54,405 nucleotides of DNA from Pseudomonadales bacterium (GCA_031260485.1 JAIRJU010000067.1:1-54405), one strand, 5' to 3'; shown: positions 21,987 through 34,559, counted from the stretch's first letter. The notes: generated by a model not told the origin, from the letters alone. A program made the numbers and translations.

Positions 21987-22276
21987 GCTTTGGTATCAGC
22001 ATGTTGGCGACGGGATAGGGTTGTTGATGTCCTTGGGAGCGGGCGAGGTGTGAATTGGGGATAACCCAGGCTGCTGTGGGCAAGAGGCGGGTTATCCCCA
22101 AAAGCCTCGGCCACTTGTACACAGGAAGGCAAATTCAATTCACCGTGGCTGTCGGTGAATCCCACGGTTGTCCACAGGAAGTGGGTAAGGGTCAGGGGGG
22201 GCTGCGAGTGGAGAGTAAGGCGTGATGGTAAGTTTGGAAAAATGCCGTAAGGCAGTTATCCGTGATATATCACAAC

Positions 22277-22285
22277 TTATCCACA
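22277..22285 (+). promoter_or_regulatory. consensus DnaA box TTATCCACA
   Basis: Exact 9/9 match. Confidence 0.75.
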
Positions 22286-22426
22286 GTTTATTGACAGAAG
22301 AACGCCGCGCAAGGTTAACCCCCGCTTGCTGGTTTTTCTCTCGGTGATTTCCAGCGACATAATTGTAACTAACTGAAATTAAAAGGAAAAAAAATTGGCG
22401 AAATTGTTATAAATTTGCCTTCGGCT

Positions 22427-22435
22427 TGTGGATAA
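22427..22435 (-). promoter_or_regulatory. consensus DnaA box (TGTGGATAA on the plus strand) just downstream of a TGtTATAAA extended -10 (22405-22413), i.e. a likely dnaA autoregulation site
   Basis: Exact 9/9 match on the minus strand, about 80 bp upstream of the dnaA ATG. Confidence 0.7.
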
Positions 22436-22514
22436 GTACCCTCCTGCTGAGTAGAATCCCCCCTCACGTCCGGTGTTGCAAAAGAACAAGCAAGGAGCAA
22501 GTTGAATTGTGTTG

Positions 22515-23948
22515 ATGGCTAGCTGGCAAAAGTGCGTCCTTTGCCTTAAATCGGAACTTCCTGCGCAGCAGTTCAATACCTGGATTCGTCCAATACGCGC
22601 CGTGGCGCAGGAAAAAACCCTGCGCTTGCTGGCGCCAAATCGTTTCATTCTCGATTGGGTGCGCGATCAATACCAGGGCCGTATCGCGGAGTTTCTCAAA
22701 AGCGCCGCCCCCGAGCTGGGTCTGGAGTTCGCCATTGCCGACCCTATGCAGGCGGGTCTCGGAATGCTGGCCGAAGACGTGCTGACGCAGCAGTGGCGTG
22801 AAGCGCCAGGCGGGGCCGCGCCGCGCGCCTCCCAAAGCCCGGCGTCGCCAGTGCCAGCGCCCTCGTCCGGCGCAATGACAGCCGAGGTTGCCACACCGCC
22901 AGTACGCCGCCAGCGCAAGCTGAGTTACCGCGGCGAGTTGAATCAGCATTACACCTTCACCAATTTCGTGCAGGGCAAATCCAACCAACTGGCACGCGCC
23001 GCCGCCGCTCAGGTCGCAAGCAATCCGGGAGGCGCGTACAACCCGCTCTTTATCTATGGCGGCGTTGGCCTGGGTAAGACGCACCTGATGCACGCCATCG
23101 GCAATCAGATTCAGCAGAAAGACCCTTCCACCAATGTGGTGTATCTGCATTCACAAACCTTTGTCGGCAGCATGGTGTCGGCGCTGCAACTCAACGCCAT
23201 CGAGGAGTTCAAGCGCTACTACCATACCGTGGACGTGCTGTTGATCGACGATATTCAGTTCTTTGCCAACAAGGAGCGTTCCCAGGAGGAGTTCTTTCAC
23301 ACCTTCAACGCCATTTTCGATGGTGGCCGCCAGATCATCATGACCTGCGATAAATATCACAGTGAAATCAACGGCTTAGATGATCGCCTGAAGTCCCGCT
23401 TTGGCTGGGGCTTGGCGGTGGCGGTGGAGGCGCCGGATCTTGAAACGCGCGCCGCCATTCTCAAAAACAAGGCAGACCAGGAGAATGTAGGGCTTGGCAA
23501 CACCGAAGCGATGTTCATGGCGCAGAAGCTGCGCTCCAATGTACGAGAGTTGGAGGGGGCTTTAAAGAAAGTGATTGCTCACTCCAATTTTCTCGGCGCC
23601 ACCATTACTGTACAACTGATCAAGGACGCATTGCGGGATCTTTTGGCGCTGCAAAGCAAATTGGTGAGTGTTGATAACATCCAGCGCACCGTGGCCGAGT
23701 ATTACAAAATCAAGATGGCTGATATGATTTCCAAGCGCCGCAACCGTTCGGTGGCGCGGCCCCGTCAGATTGCGATGAGCCTCTCCAAAGAGCTTACCAA
23801 CCATAGCTTGCCTGAAATCGGCACGCTTTATGGCGGGCGCGATCACACCACGGTGCTGCACGCCTGCCGCACGATCGGCGATCTGCGCAAGACCTCAAGC
23901 GACATAGAAGAAGATTACCAAAATCTCCTGCGTTCGCTTTCCAGTTGA
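22515..23948 (+). CDS. dnaA: chromosomal replication initiator DnaA
   Basis: [30 protein letters not shown]+ Walker [11 protein letters not shown] and a C-terminal DNA-binding domain. ATG 22515 is preferred over GTG 22509. Confidence 0.97.
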   Translation: MASWQKCVLCLKSELPAQQFNTWIRPIRAVAQEKTLRLLAPNRFILDWVRDQYQGRIAEFLKSAAPELGLEFAIADPMQAGLGMLAEDVLTQQWREAPGGAAPRASQSPASPVPAPSSGAMTAEVATPPVRRQRKLSYRGELNQHYTFTNFVQGKSNQLARAAAAQVASNPGGAYNPLFIYGGVGLGKTHLMHAIGNQIQQKDPSTNVVYLHSQTFVGSMVSALQLNAIEEFKRYYHTVDVLLIDDIQFFANKERSQEEFFHTFNAIFDGGRQIIMTCDKYHSEINGLDDRLKSRFGWGLAVAVEAPDLETRAAILKNKADQENVGLGNTEAMFMAQKLRSNVRELEGALKKVIAHSNFLGATITVQLIKDALRDLLALQSKLVSVDNIQRTVAEYYKIKMADMISKRRNRSVARPRQIAMSLSKELTNHSLPEIGTLYGGRDHTTVLHACRTIGDLRKTSSDIEEDYQNLLRSLSS

Positions 23949-23993
23949 GCAACAAACGCAACGCAAGAAAACAGCCCCCAGACGAGACCCCGT

Positions 23994-25106
23994 ATGCAAT
24001 TTGAAATTTCCCGCGAAGCCTTAATCAAACCACTGCAATTGGTAACGGGCGTGGTGGAGCGCCGGCAAACCTTGCCGGTACTGGCCAATGTGCTCCTGGT
24101 GCTGGAGGGGCAGCAATTGTCGTTGACCGGCACCGACCTCGAGGTAGAGTTGGTGGGGCGCGTACAGCTTGAACAGGGTGCGATGGCGGGTGAAATCACC
24201 GTGCCGGCGCGTAAACTCATGGATATTTGCAAATCGCTGCCTGACGACGCCTCGCTGAAATTTGACGTGGACGACGGCAAGGCAGTGATCCGCTTTGGCC
24301 GCAGCCGCTTTTCGCTGGCCACGCTACCCGCCAACGACTTCCCCAGTGTTGAGGAATCTCCAGGCACCTTGCGCTTTTCGATGCCGCAGAAGGTGCTGAA
24401 GACGATGATCGACAGTATCGCCTTCGCCATGGCGCAGCAGGATGTGCGCTATTACCTCAATGGCCTTTTGATGGAAGTGAATGCGGATAGCCTGCGCGTG
24501 GTGGCGACGGACGGCCATCGCTTGGCCTTGCACACCGAAAAGTTCAGCATTGCGGGCGTATCCGGCAAAATCCAGGTGATTATTCCGCGCAAGGGCATTC
24601 TGGAGCTGTCGCGTTTGCTGTCGGAAGGTGACGAACTGGCGGAGTTGGCCTTGGGCACGAACCACATTCGTGTCACGACCCAGAATTTCACGTTCACATC
24701 CAAACTGGTAGACGGCAAATTCCCGGATTATGACCGCGTGTTGCCCAAAGGGGGGGACAAAATCGTGGTGGCGAATCGCAGTATTCTGCGCAACGCGCTG
24801 AGCCGTGCCGCGATCTTGTCCAACGAAAAGTTCCGCGGTATTCGCCTGGTGCTGGCCAAGGACGAACTGAAGATTCTGGCCAATAACCCGGAACAGGAAG
24901 AAGCCGAAGATATTGTTAGCGTTGAATACCCCGGATCCGCACTGGAGATTGGCTTCAATGTTGGCTATCTGGTGGATGTGTTGAGCGTCATCAACACGGA
25001 AACCGTGCAATTGGTGCTGTCGGATGCCAACAGCAGCGCGCTGATCCATGCGGGAGAACAGAGTGGTTCGGGCTCCCTGTACGTAGTCATGCCAATGCGT
25101 CTATAA
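23994..25106 (+). CDS. dnaN: DNA polymerase III beta sliding clamp
   Basis: 370 aa starting MQFEISREALIKPLQ and ending ...YVVMPMRL. Confidence 0.97.
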   Translation: MQFEISREALIKPLQLVTGVVERRQTLPVLANVLLVLEGQQLSLTGTDLEVELVGRVQLEQGAMAGEITVPARKLMDICKSLPDDASLKFDVDDGKAVIRFGRSRFSLATLPANDFPSVEESPGTLRFSMPQKVLKTMIDSIAFAMAQQDVRYYLNGLLMEVNADSLRVVATDGHRLALHTEKFSIAGVSGKIQVIIPRKGILELSRLLSEGDELAELALGTNHIRVTTQNFTFTSKLVDGKFPDYDRVLPKGGDKIVVANRSILRNALSRAAILSNEKFRGIRLVLAKDELKILANNPEQEEAEDIVSVEYPGSALEIGFNVGYLVDVLSVINTETVQLVLSDANSSALIHAGEQSGSGSLYVVMPMRL

Positions 25107-25147
25107 GGCCAGGCCGCCGCTCCCCTTCCCTTCTCGATACCGCTTCC

Positions 25148-26254
25148 ATGACTCAGCTTGCGCGGCTGTATATCCAGGGTCTGCGCAATATCACGGAGGC
25201 GGATTTTCAGCCCTGCTCCCACCTGAATCTTCTCTTGGGTGAAAACGGCTCTGGTAAAACCAGTGTGCTGGAGGCTGTCTATATGCTGGGCACGGGCCGC
25301 TCGTTCCGTGGCCATTTGCAACGGCCCCTGATTCAAGAAGGGCAAGCGCTTTGCTCTGTCTATGGCGAACTGGAGGCTGGGGTGTCGCTGGGCATTCAGC
25401 GTGGCCGCCAGGGCATTCAGACCTTGAAAGTGGGCGGCACCCAGGCAGATAGCGCCTCGCAGTTGTCGCAGGCCCTCCCGCTCCTCCTCCTCAACAGTGA
25501 CACGTTTGCGATTTTGGAGGGTAGCCCAACAGAGAGGCGGCGTTTCATCGACTGGGGAGTGTTTCACGTGAAACATGAATTCCTGCGGCACTGGAAAATC
25601 GCGCGGCAAGCGTTGAAGCAACGCAACCAGCTATTACGGCAAGAGGCCCCTGTGGTGGAGTTGGCGCCATGGACCCAGGCGCTCGCAGGCCATGCGCAAG
25701 AAATGCACTTACTAAGGGCAGACTATCTGCGCCAATTTGAAGCACATCTGTGGCCCCTGCTAGGCGATTTGCTCGGGGAAGAGTTGGCGGCGCGCTTCAC
25801 TATGGACTACTTGCCTGGCTGGGATGTAGAACAGTCGCTGGAAACACAACTGCACCACGCTCTGCCGCGCGATCGTCAACATGGGCATACCACGGTGGGT
25901 CCGCATCGGGCGGAATTACGGCTACGTTGGGGAGGGCAAGACGTGGCATCCGTGCTTTCTCGCGGACAAATGAAGCTGCTCATCTGTGCGTTGCGTCTGG
26001 GACAGGCATCATTATTGCAATTGCTGAGCGGCACCGGCTGTGTATTGCTGATCGACGACCTGCCCGCGGAGCTGGATGGCGCCAATCGAGGGCGGGTATG
26101 CGTGCAATTGGAGCGTTTGGCCTTGCAAACCTTCATGACTTGCATCGAGCCTGAGGCTTTGTTGCCCGCGCTACAGGCGAGCAGCGAAAAAGCGGGAGGC
26201 GTGGCGCCAAGATTGTTTCACGTGAAACGTGGTAGAATAGAAACTCAACTTTAG
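25148..26254 (+). CDS. recF: DNA replication/repair protein RecF
   Basis: 368 aa with Walker A GENGSGKTSVLEA and an SMC-like signature. Confidence 0.95.
   Translation: MTQLARLYIQGLRNITEADFQPCSHLNLLLGENGSGKTSVLEAVYMLGTGRSFRGHLQRPLIQEGQALCSVYGELEAGVSLGIQRGRQGIQTLKVGGTQADSASQLSQALPLLLLNSDTFAILEGSPTERRRFIDWGVFHVKHEFLRHWKIARQALKQRNQLLRQEAPVVELAPWTQALAGHAQEMHLLRADYLRQFEAHLWPLLGDLLGEELAARFTMDYLPGWDVEQSLETQLHHALPRDRQHGHTTVGPHRAELRLRWGGQDVASVLSRGQMKLLICALRLGQASLLQLLSGTGCVLLIDDLPAELDGANRGRVCVQLERLALQTFMTCIEPEALLPALQASSEKAGGVAPRLFHVKRGRIETQL
25560..25575. other. parS: parS centromere-like site, perfect TGTTTCACGTGAAACA
   Basis: 16/16 match to the canonical ParB-binding palindrome. It lies inside recF, where it encodes VFHVKH. 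Confidence 0.85.
26214..26229. other. parS: parS-like site TGTTTCACGTGAAACG (15/16)
   Basis: One mismatch to the consensus. It lies near the 3' end of recF, where it encodes LFHVKR. Confidence 0.7.
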
Positions 26255-26341
26255 ACACAGCGCACGGCCAAAACTCAATAAAATCAGCCCATTAGCCCTG
26301 CTTTACTGGCAGGGAGGCGAAGCGTTGGCGTGTAGCGATAG

Positions 26342-28777
<2,436 letters not shown>

Positions 28778-28838
28778 TTCCAATTTGCTGTAGACAGTAA
28801 CAAATATCCTCTTTTCCCAGCCATTTCAGGATTCAAGA

Positions 28839-28970
28839 CCACCCCACCCTACGGGCACCCCTCCACAGGAGGGGAATTTATCTATCACACCTTGCAAACA
28901 ACTCCACCACTGTACGGAGAGTAAATTCCCCTCCTGTGGAGGGGTGGACGCCGTAGGCGGACGGGGTGGT
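28839..28970. repeat. nested palindromic element: perfect 25 bp inverted repeat, each arm itself a 7-3-7 palindrome, plus extended imperfect outer arms
   Basis: cacccctccacaggaggggaattta at 28856-28880 is the exact reverse complement of 28922-28946, with a 41 bp spacer. Each arm contains cccctcc-N3-ggagggg. The outer arms 28839-28855 and 28947-28970 pair imperfectly. Confidence 0.85.
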
Positions 28971-29003
28971 ATAAATCTGCATGGGGCTCTCCCGCAAGCG
29001 GGC

Positions 29004-29045
29004 GAGGGGAGAAATAATGTCAATGATTCGATCAAAAATGCTCTA
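29004..29045 (-). repeat. intergenic repeat module, copy B, 8 nt from the plsC stop
   Basis: gaggggagaaataatgtcaatgattcgatcaaaaatgctcta is near-identical to 1106-1146. Confidence 0.65.
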
Positions 29046-29053
29046 AACTAATT

Positions 29054-29758
29054 TCAGCCCAATCGTTCCGCTATCCACCCACTCACCATTTCGGTCAACT
29101 CGCGCGGCTCACGGCCCGTGGCGTCGATCGGCGTGCCGATGTGAACGGTGATGGTGCCGGGCTTTTTCAGGAATTGATGCGCTGGCCAAAAACGGCCCGC
29201 ATCATGCGCGACAGGCAGCACCTTGGCCTTGGCGGCAATCGCCAGTTCAGCACCGCCGGGGGCAAACTTGCGTGCTTCGCCAGGATTCACGCGCGAGGTG
29301 CCTTCAGGAAACACCAATACGGACAAGCCTTCGGCTAAGCGCGCGCAACCTTGGGTTAAAAGTGTTAGCCGCGCCTCCTTACGTTTGCTGCGATCAATGG
29401 CGATCGGCTTGAGCAGTTTCAAAGCCCAGCCAAAAAACGGGATTTTCAGCAACTCGACTTTAAGTATTGGACAAATCGGAACGAAATAAAGCACGAGAAA
29501 CACCGTTTCCCAGGCGCTCTGATGGTTGCTGAGTACCACTACGGGTTCCTTGGGGATGTTCTCGGCGCCGATAATGTTGCAGCGCACGCCGCAGGTAATG
29601 CGCAGCCACCACAGTGCGAAGCGGTTCCAGATCAGACACAAGCGGTAACGGCCACGCAGTGAAAGTACAGGCGCAAGCACTACGCAGAGAGTGGCGTGCG
29701 GGATCAGGCTGAGGCTGTAACCGGTATAAAACAGCAGCGAACGCAAATAGCGGATCAT
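29054..29758 (-). CDS. plsC: 1-acyl-sn-glycerol-3-phosphate acyltransferase
   Basis: 234 aa with the NHQSAWE (HX4D/E) and VFPEGTS motifs. Confidence 0.85.
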   Translation of the reverse strand: MIRYLRSLLFYTGYSLSLIPHATLCVVLAPVLSLRGRYRLCLIWNRFALWWLRITCGVRCNIIGAENIPKEPVVVLSNHQSAWETVFLVLYFVPICPILKVELLKIPFFGWALKLLKPIAIDRSKRKEARLTLLTQGCARLAEGLSVLVFPEGTSRVNPGEARKFAPGGAELAIAAKAKVLPVAHDAGRFWPAHQFLKKPGTITVHIGTPIDATGREPRELTEMVSGWIAERLG

Positions 29759-30330
29759 GGGAGTCGAGGCGTTGTGGTGAGAATGTAAGTAGCCGCGGCG
29801 GCAAGATCCGGGACGACGACCGCCGCTGCGCGCAAGTGCGGGGAAAGGCTGGCCAGCGTGCGCTCGCCTTTGCCGCTAAGGACGAGGATGGGGCGGCAAT
29901 TGCGGCTGAGCGCGGTTTCGATGTCTTTCCCGGTATCGCCAACGAACCAGGCATGTTCCAGCGGCAGGTGCAGTTCTTGCGCGATGGCGTCGAGCAACCC
30001 CGGCAGCGGTTTGCGGCAGGCACAGCCGGCATTGGGCAGATGCGGGCAGTAGCTTAGCGCAGCGATGTGGCCGCCCGCCTCTTCCACCAAGGTATACATC
30101 AGCGCGTGCATTTGTGCCAGCGCGTCGTCGCTATAGTAGCCGCGCCCGATTCCTGACTGATTGGTTGCCACAGCTACCTTGAAGCCGGCGCGGCTCAGCC
30201 GCGCGATGGCGTCGATGCTGCCTGGAATCGGGATCCATTCATCCACGGAGCGGATGTAGTCGTCCGAATCCTGGTTGATCACGCCGTCACGGTCCAGGAT
30301 CACCAGCGAGGTGGCGGTAGGCTCACACAT
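29755..30330 (-). CDS. gmhB: D-glycero-beta-D-manno-heptose-1,7-bisphosphate 7-phosphatase
   Basis: 191 aa with the HAD motif LDRDGVIN, TNQSGIGRGYY and the Zn-binding CPH...C.CRKP. Confidence 0.88.
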   Translation of the reverse strand: MCEPTATSLVILDRDGVINQDSDDYIRSVDEWIPIPGSIDAIARLSRAGFKVAVATNQSGIGRGYYSDDALAQMHALMYTLVEEAGGHIAALSYCPHLPNAGCACRKPLPGLLDAIAQELHLPLEHAWFVGDTGKDIETALSRNCRPILVLSGKGERTLASLSPHLRAAAVVVPDLAAAATYILTTTPRLP

Positions 30331-32395
30331 TTTGCAACAGCGAAATATCGGCGATGCGCAAGAACAACTGGCGCAGTTCGCTTAGTAGCGCCAAGCGATT
30401 ATGGCGTAGCGCCGGGTCTTCCGCATTTACCATCACTTGGTCAAAAAAGGCATCGACCGGCGCGCGCAGCGTTGCCATCGTGGCAAGCGCTTCGGTGAAA
30501 CGCGAACTGGCAAGCAAAGGATCAGCGACGGCGCGCACGCCATACAGGGCCGTGGCGAGCGCGTGTTCGGCAGGCTCTTGCAACAGCGCCGTGCTGCACT
30601 GCGCGGGCGGCGTGGTGGCGGCTTTTTGCAGAATATTTCCTACTCGCTTGTTGGCGCTTGCCAGCGCCTGTGCATCCGTCAGCGTGGCAAAGTGCGCCAC
30701 GGCTTTGATGCGGGCATCGAATTCCAAGGGGCTTTGCGGACGTACCGCGTCCACCGCCAGAAACACGTCGGCAGCAATGTGCTGATCTGCGTAATAGGCG
30801 CGCAGACGCTCGTTGATGAACGCCACGATGTCCTGGCTGGCATCCTTCACCTTGGCGTTGCCGTCAAAGCCCGCCATCGCGGCGGAGACGGCGCGCGGCA
30901 GCGACAAAGGTAACTGTTGTTCAATAATCAAACGCAGCACGCCGAGCGCCGCGCGGCGCAAGGCGAAAGGATCCTTGGAGCCCGTGGGCGGCTGCCCCAG
31001 GCCAAAGAGCCCGGCGATAGTGTCGAGCCGCTCGGCCAGGGCCAGCACACGCCCTGTACGGCTGGTTGGCAAGAGATCGCCTGCGAAGCGTGGCAGGTAT
31101 TGTTCATTGAGCGCGAGCGCCACGTCTTCTGGTTCGCCGTCGTGCCGCGCGTAGTGCTGGCCCATGATGCCTTGCAGTTCGGCGAATTCGTACACCATGG
31201 AGGTCATCAGGTCGCATTTGCCAAGCTCGGCAGCGCGCGCGGCCAGCGCGGCGTCATAACCCAGCTCCTTGGCGAGCGCGACGGCCAGATATTTCACGCG
31301 CTGTGTTTTGTCGTACAGCGTGCCGAGATCTTGCTGGAACACGACAGTCTTGAGTTTTTCGATGCGTGCGCTGAGCGGCTGGCGGCGGTCCTGGTTGAAG
31401 AAGAACGCGGCGTCGGCCAAACGTGGGCGAATCACCTTTTCATTGCCCGCGATCACTTGCGCGGGATCGCGGCTTGCGAGATTACTGAGCGTGATGAAGT
31501 ACGGCAGGATGCGGTTATCCGCATCGAGCAGATGGAAGCATTTTTGATGCTCCTTCATCGACGAAATCAGCGCTTCCTTCGGCACGTTCAGAAACGCTTC
31601 ATCGAAGCGGCCAGCCAATGCGACCGGCCATTCCACTAACGCGGTTACTTCGTCCAGCAGCGCCTCGTCGATGATGGCGCGGCCTTTGAGTTCAAGCGCC
31701 TTGGCCTCGATCTGCTGGCGCACCTGTGCGCGGCGCGCAGTGAAATCGGCGATGACCTTGCCGCTTTGCAGCGTGCTCTGGTACTGCGCAGGCGTGGTAA
31801 GCGTGAGCGGCGCGGTGTGCATGAAGCGATGCCCGCGCGAGGTATTGCCCGTGCGTTGGCCCATGATGACGGCATCGATCACGCTGTCGCCCAATAACAG
31901 CACCACCCATTGCACCGGGCGTACGAATTCGTCACGGCTGCTACCCCAGCGCATACGCTTGGGAATCGGCAAAGCCGCCAGCGCGTCCTGCACCATGGCG
32001 GGAATCAGCGTAGCAGTGGCGGCGCCAGGGTGGGTGACGCCGTAATAGAGTTTCGTCACCTTGCCATCGCTGCGTTGTTCGAGCGCGCTGACATCGACGC
32101 CGCAAGAGCGCGCGAAACCTTCTGCGGCTTTGGAGGGTTTGCCGTCGGCGCCGAAGGCGGCCTGCACGGCGGGCCCCCATTTTTCCAGTGTGCGGGCCGC
32201 TTGCTCGGTATCAAGCTGCGTAACAAGCAGCGCCAAACGGCGCGGCGTGGCGAAACGCTGTACCGAGGCGAAGTTCAGGCCCGCGAGTTTCAGTTGGCTG
32301 GCGAATGTCTCGTCAAAGGCGCTGGACAATGTTGGCAGCGCCTTGGGCGGCAGTTCTTCGGTGCCGATTTCGATCAAGAGATCTGCGTTAAGCAT
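30323..32395 (-). CDS. glyS: glycine--tRNA ligase beta subunit
   Basis: 690 aa from ATG 32395 ([20 protein letters not shown]). ATGCTTAA overlaps the glyQ stop. The track's extension to 32626 runs antisense-free through glyQ and is not credible. Confidence 0.95.
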   Translation of the reverse strand: MLNADLLIEIGTEELPPKALPTLSSAFDETFASQLKLAGLNFASVQRFATPRRLALLVTQLDTEQAARTLEKWGPAVQAAFGADGKPSKAAEGFARSCGVDVSALEQRSDGKVTKLYYGVTHPGAATATLIPAMVQDALAALPIPKRMRWGSSRDEFVRPVQWVVLLLGDSVIDAVIMGQRTGNTSRGHRFMHTAPLTLTTPAQYQSTLQSGKVIADFTARRAQVRQQIEAKALELKGRAIIDEALLDEVTALVEWPVALAGRFDEAFLNVPKEALISSMKEHQKCFHLLDADNRILPYFITLSNLASRDPAQVIAGNEKVIRPRLADAAFFFNQDRRQPLSARIEKLKTVVFQQDLGTLYDKTQRVKYLAVALAKELGYDAALAARAAELGKCDLMTSMVYEFAELQGIMGQHYARHDGEPEDVALALNEQYLPRFAGDLLPTSRTGRVLALAERLDTIAGLFGLGQPPTGSKDPFALRRAALGVLRLIIEQQLPLSLPRAVSAAMAGFDGNAKVKDASQDIVAFINERLRAYYADQHIAADVFLAVDAVRPQSPLEFDARIKAVAHFATLTDAQALASANKRVGNILQKAATTPPAQCSTALLQEPAEHALATALYGVRAVADPLLASSRFTEALATMATLRAPVDAFFDQVMVNAEDPALRHNRLALLSELRQLFLRIADISLLQNV

Positions 32396-33329
32396 GAGTG
32401 AATTTCTCCAGACATTCCTGGCGCAGCGCGGCGGGCGCCAGGGGGAAACCGAGCCGTGCGCGGGATTCGTAATAAGCCTGGGCCACCTCGCGCGCCAGTG
32501 TGCGGACACGCAAAATATAGCGTTGCCGCTCGGTAACGGAAATGGCGGAGCGCGCATCGAGCAGGTTGAAGCAATGCGAAGCCTTGAGCACTTGCTCATA
32601 AGCAGGCAATACCAGTTTAGCGGCAATCAGCTTCTGGCATTCAGTTTCGTATTGCGTAAAATACTGGAACAAGTTGTCTATATTGGCGTATTCAAAGTTG
32701 AATGCCGACATTTCCACTTCATTCTGATGAAACACGTCGCCATAGGTGGCAGTACCGTTGGGCGTGTGTGCCCATACAATGTCGAAGATGCGATCTTTGT
32801 TCTGCAAGTACATGGCGATGCGCTCGAGACCATAAGTGATCTCGCCGCTCACCGGATAGCATTCGAGGCCGCCTACCTGCTGGAAGTAGGTGAACTGCGT
32901 TACCTCCATGCCGTTGAGCCACACTTCCCAGCCCAGGCCCCAGGCGCCGAGTGTGGGCGATTCCCAGTTGTCTTCCACGAAGCGGATGTCGTGGATGCTG
33001 GTGTCGATGCCGAGGTAGCGCAGCGAATCGAGGTACAGTTCCTGGATGTTCAGCGGCGAGGGTTTGAGGATCACTTGAAACTGGTAGTAGTGCTGCAAGC
33101 GCATCGGATTTTCGCCGTAGCGGCTGTCGGTGGGGCGGCGGCAGGGTTGTACGTAGGCGGTGTTCCAGCTTTCCGGCCCGATGGCGCGCAGGAAAGTGGC
33201 CGGATGAAACGTGCCAGCGCCGACTTCAAGATCAAGCGGCTGCACGATCACGCAGCCATGATCGGCCCAGAATTGTTGCAGGGCCAGGATCAAGCCCTGA
33301 AAGGTGGAAACATCAACTGAGGTAGTCAA
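32388..33329 (-). CDS. glyQ: glycine--tRNA ligase alpha subunit
   Basis: 313 aa containing [40 protein letters not shown]. Confidence 0.97.
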   Translation of the reverse strand: MTTSVDVSTFQGLILALQQFWADHGCVIVQPLDLEVGAGTFHPATFLRAIGPESWNTAYVQPCRRPTDSRYGENPMRLQHYYQFQVILKPSPLNIQELYLDSLRYLGIDTSIHDIRFVEDNWESPTLGAWGLGWEVWLNGMEVTQFTYFQQVGGLECYPVSGEITYGLERIAMYLQNKDRIFDIVWAHTPNGTATYGDVFHQNEVEMSAFNFEYANIDNLFQYFTQYETECQKLIAAKLVLPAYEQVLKASHCFNLLDARSAISVTERQRYILRVRTLAREVAQAYYESRARLGFPLAPAALRQECLEKFTHA

Positions 33330-33365
33330 AAAGAACTCCAGACTGAGCGGGTTCGAGTACTATTG

Positions 33366-33393
33366 CGCGCAATGATTGACGCGCAATGATTGA
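33366..33393. repeat. perfect 2 x 14 bp tandem duplication CGCGCAATGATTGA
   Basis: Two exact copies lie in the divergent glyQ / lpxL-like spacer. Each unit contains the CAAT-N-ATTG mini-palindrome. Confidence 0.9.
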
Positions 33394-33515
33394 TAAGGCG
33401 ATTGGCAAGGCGCAGGAACGAAAAAGTCGCCTATTATCCTGAAAAGGCCCGAACATGGCGAGACATCCGCCTGTGCGTTAGCCGCGTTTACAGCCGTTCT
33501 CTGCCCGATCGCCGC

Positions 33516-34397
33516 ATGAAATCACGCCTGATTCTCACCACGCTGAGGTTTTTGTCCTGGCTGCCCTTGCGCTGGCAACGCCGCGTAGGGACCGTGTGCG
33601 CCGCCCTTGCCTTTCTGCTGAATACCCGCATGGCGCGTACCACCTTGACCAATCTTGCGCTGTGTTTTCCTGAGCTTTCGGCGCCAGAGTGCCGTCAGTT
33701 GACACAGGCCAGCCTGCGCCACACGTTTCAGACCATTTGCGAAGCGGGCTCTGTGTGGCTGTGGCCAGCAGAGCGCACACTGGGCTGTATCGCGCGTGTC
33801 GAGGGCTTGCCGCTCTTGTTCGATGCCGTGGCCGAGGGCAAGGGTGTCATCGTGGCGGGGCCGCATCTGGGGAACTGGGAATTGCTGGGTCTTTATCTCA
33901 GCCGCGCGGGTACGGGCCCGTCGTATCAGCTGTTTCAGCCGCCAAGCGATCCGCGTATCGCGCAAGCAATCTACACCGCGCGCAGCCGCGGCGGCGCCAA
34001 CATGGTGGCCACGGACAAACAAGGCGTGGCCATGCTGCTGCGCGCCTTGCGCGCGGGCGAGATCGTGGGCATTCTGCCCGATCAGGTGCCGCCGCCCGAA
34101 AGCGGCGACTTTGCCCCCTTCTTCGGCGTGAGCGCGCTGACCATGACCTTGCTCACACGCTTACAGCAGAAAACCGGCGCGCGCGTTCTCGGCGGTGTGG
34201 CCAAGCGCACGCCGGATGGTTTCGAGATCGTTTTCAGTGAACCCGATCCCATGATTTATGCGCAAGACCCGCAAACGGCGCTGGCCGGACTCAACGCCAC
34301 CGTGGAGGCCATGGTGCGGCAAATTCCGGCGCAATATCAGTGGGAATACAAGCGCTTCAAGCGGCAGCCGCCGGGCTACCTCTCGCCGTACCAATAA
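33516..34397 (+). CDS. lpxL: lipid A biosynthesis lauroyl/myristoyl acyltransferase family protein (LpxL/HtrB-like)
   Basis: 293 aa from ATG 33516, with an N-terminal TM helix and the catalytic PHLGNWE. The position matches the htrB homologue in Pseudomonas synteny as I recall it. Confidence 0.75.
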   Translation: MKSRLILTTLRFLSWLPLRWQRRVGTVCAALAFLLNTRMARTTLTNLALCFPELSAPECRQLTQASLRHTFQTICEAGSVWLWPAERTLGCIARVEGLPLLFDAVAEGKGVIVAGPHLGNWELLGLYLSRAGTGPSYQLFQPPSDPRIAQAIYTARSRGGANMVATDKQGVAMLLRALRAGEIVGILPDQVPPPESGDFAPFFGVSALTMTLLTRLQQKTGARVLGGVAKRTPDGFEIVFSEPDPMIYAQDPQTALAGLNATVEAMVRQIPAQYQWEYKRFKRQPPGYLSPYQ

Positions 34398-34559
34398 CAA
34401 GGTAGGTTTATTCAGCGATGGGCCAGCCTCGAATCGTGTCATCGGGTGAGGAAATAGCGAAGCTATCATCAAATAATTATTAGAGCGGCACTCCCTCGCC
34501 AATACACCCACCGGCGACGGCCAACAGCCCTCGCAATTGAAGTGCTAGATTGGTGGATT

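Larger units (their letters stand above)
21856..22435. other. putative oriC / dnaA control region (DnaA-box cluster flanked by AT-rich tracts)
   Basis: There are two perfect TTATCCACA boxes, at 22277-22285 (+) and 22427-22435 (-). Four further boxes match 8/9: 21856-21864 (-), 22056-22064 (-), 22092-22100 (+, TTATCCCCA) and 22168-22176 (+, TTGTCCACA). AT-rich tracts lie at ~21905-21952 (TTATT reiterations) and ~22357-22420. Confidence 0.6.

Noticed and set aside
22256-22264. Additional DnaA box TTATCCGTG next to the palindrome TGATATATCA.
   Set aside because: It has three mismatches to TTATCCACA in the positions most important for DnaA contact, so it is not counted among the boxes.
28856-28946. 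CRISPR-like appearance of two identical 25-mers with a 41 bp spacer.
   Set aside because: The two copies are inverted rather than direct, there are only two of them, and no cas genes or leader are present. The arrangement fits a palindromic REP/MITE-like element instead.
32396-32626. 77-codon N-terminal extension of glyS in the ORF track (start at 32626).
   Set aside because: The extension overlaps the 3' end of glyQ in another frame and has no GlyS similarity. The canonical [17 protein letters not shown] start at 32395 overlaps the glyQ stop (ATGCTTAA), as expected for translational coupling.
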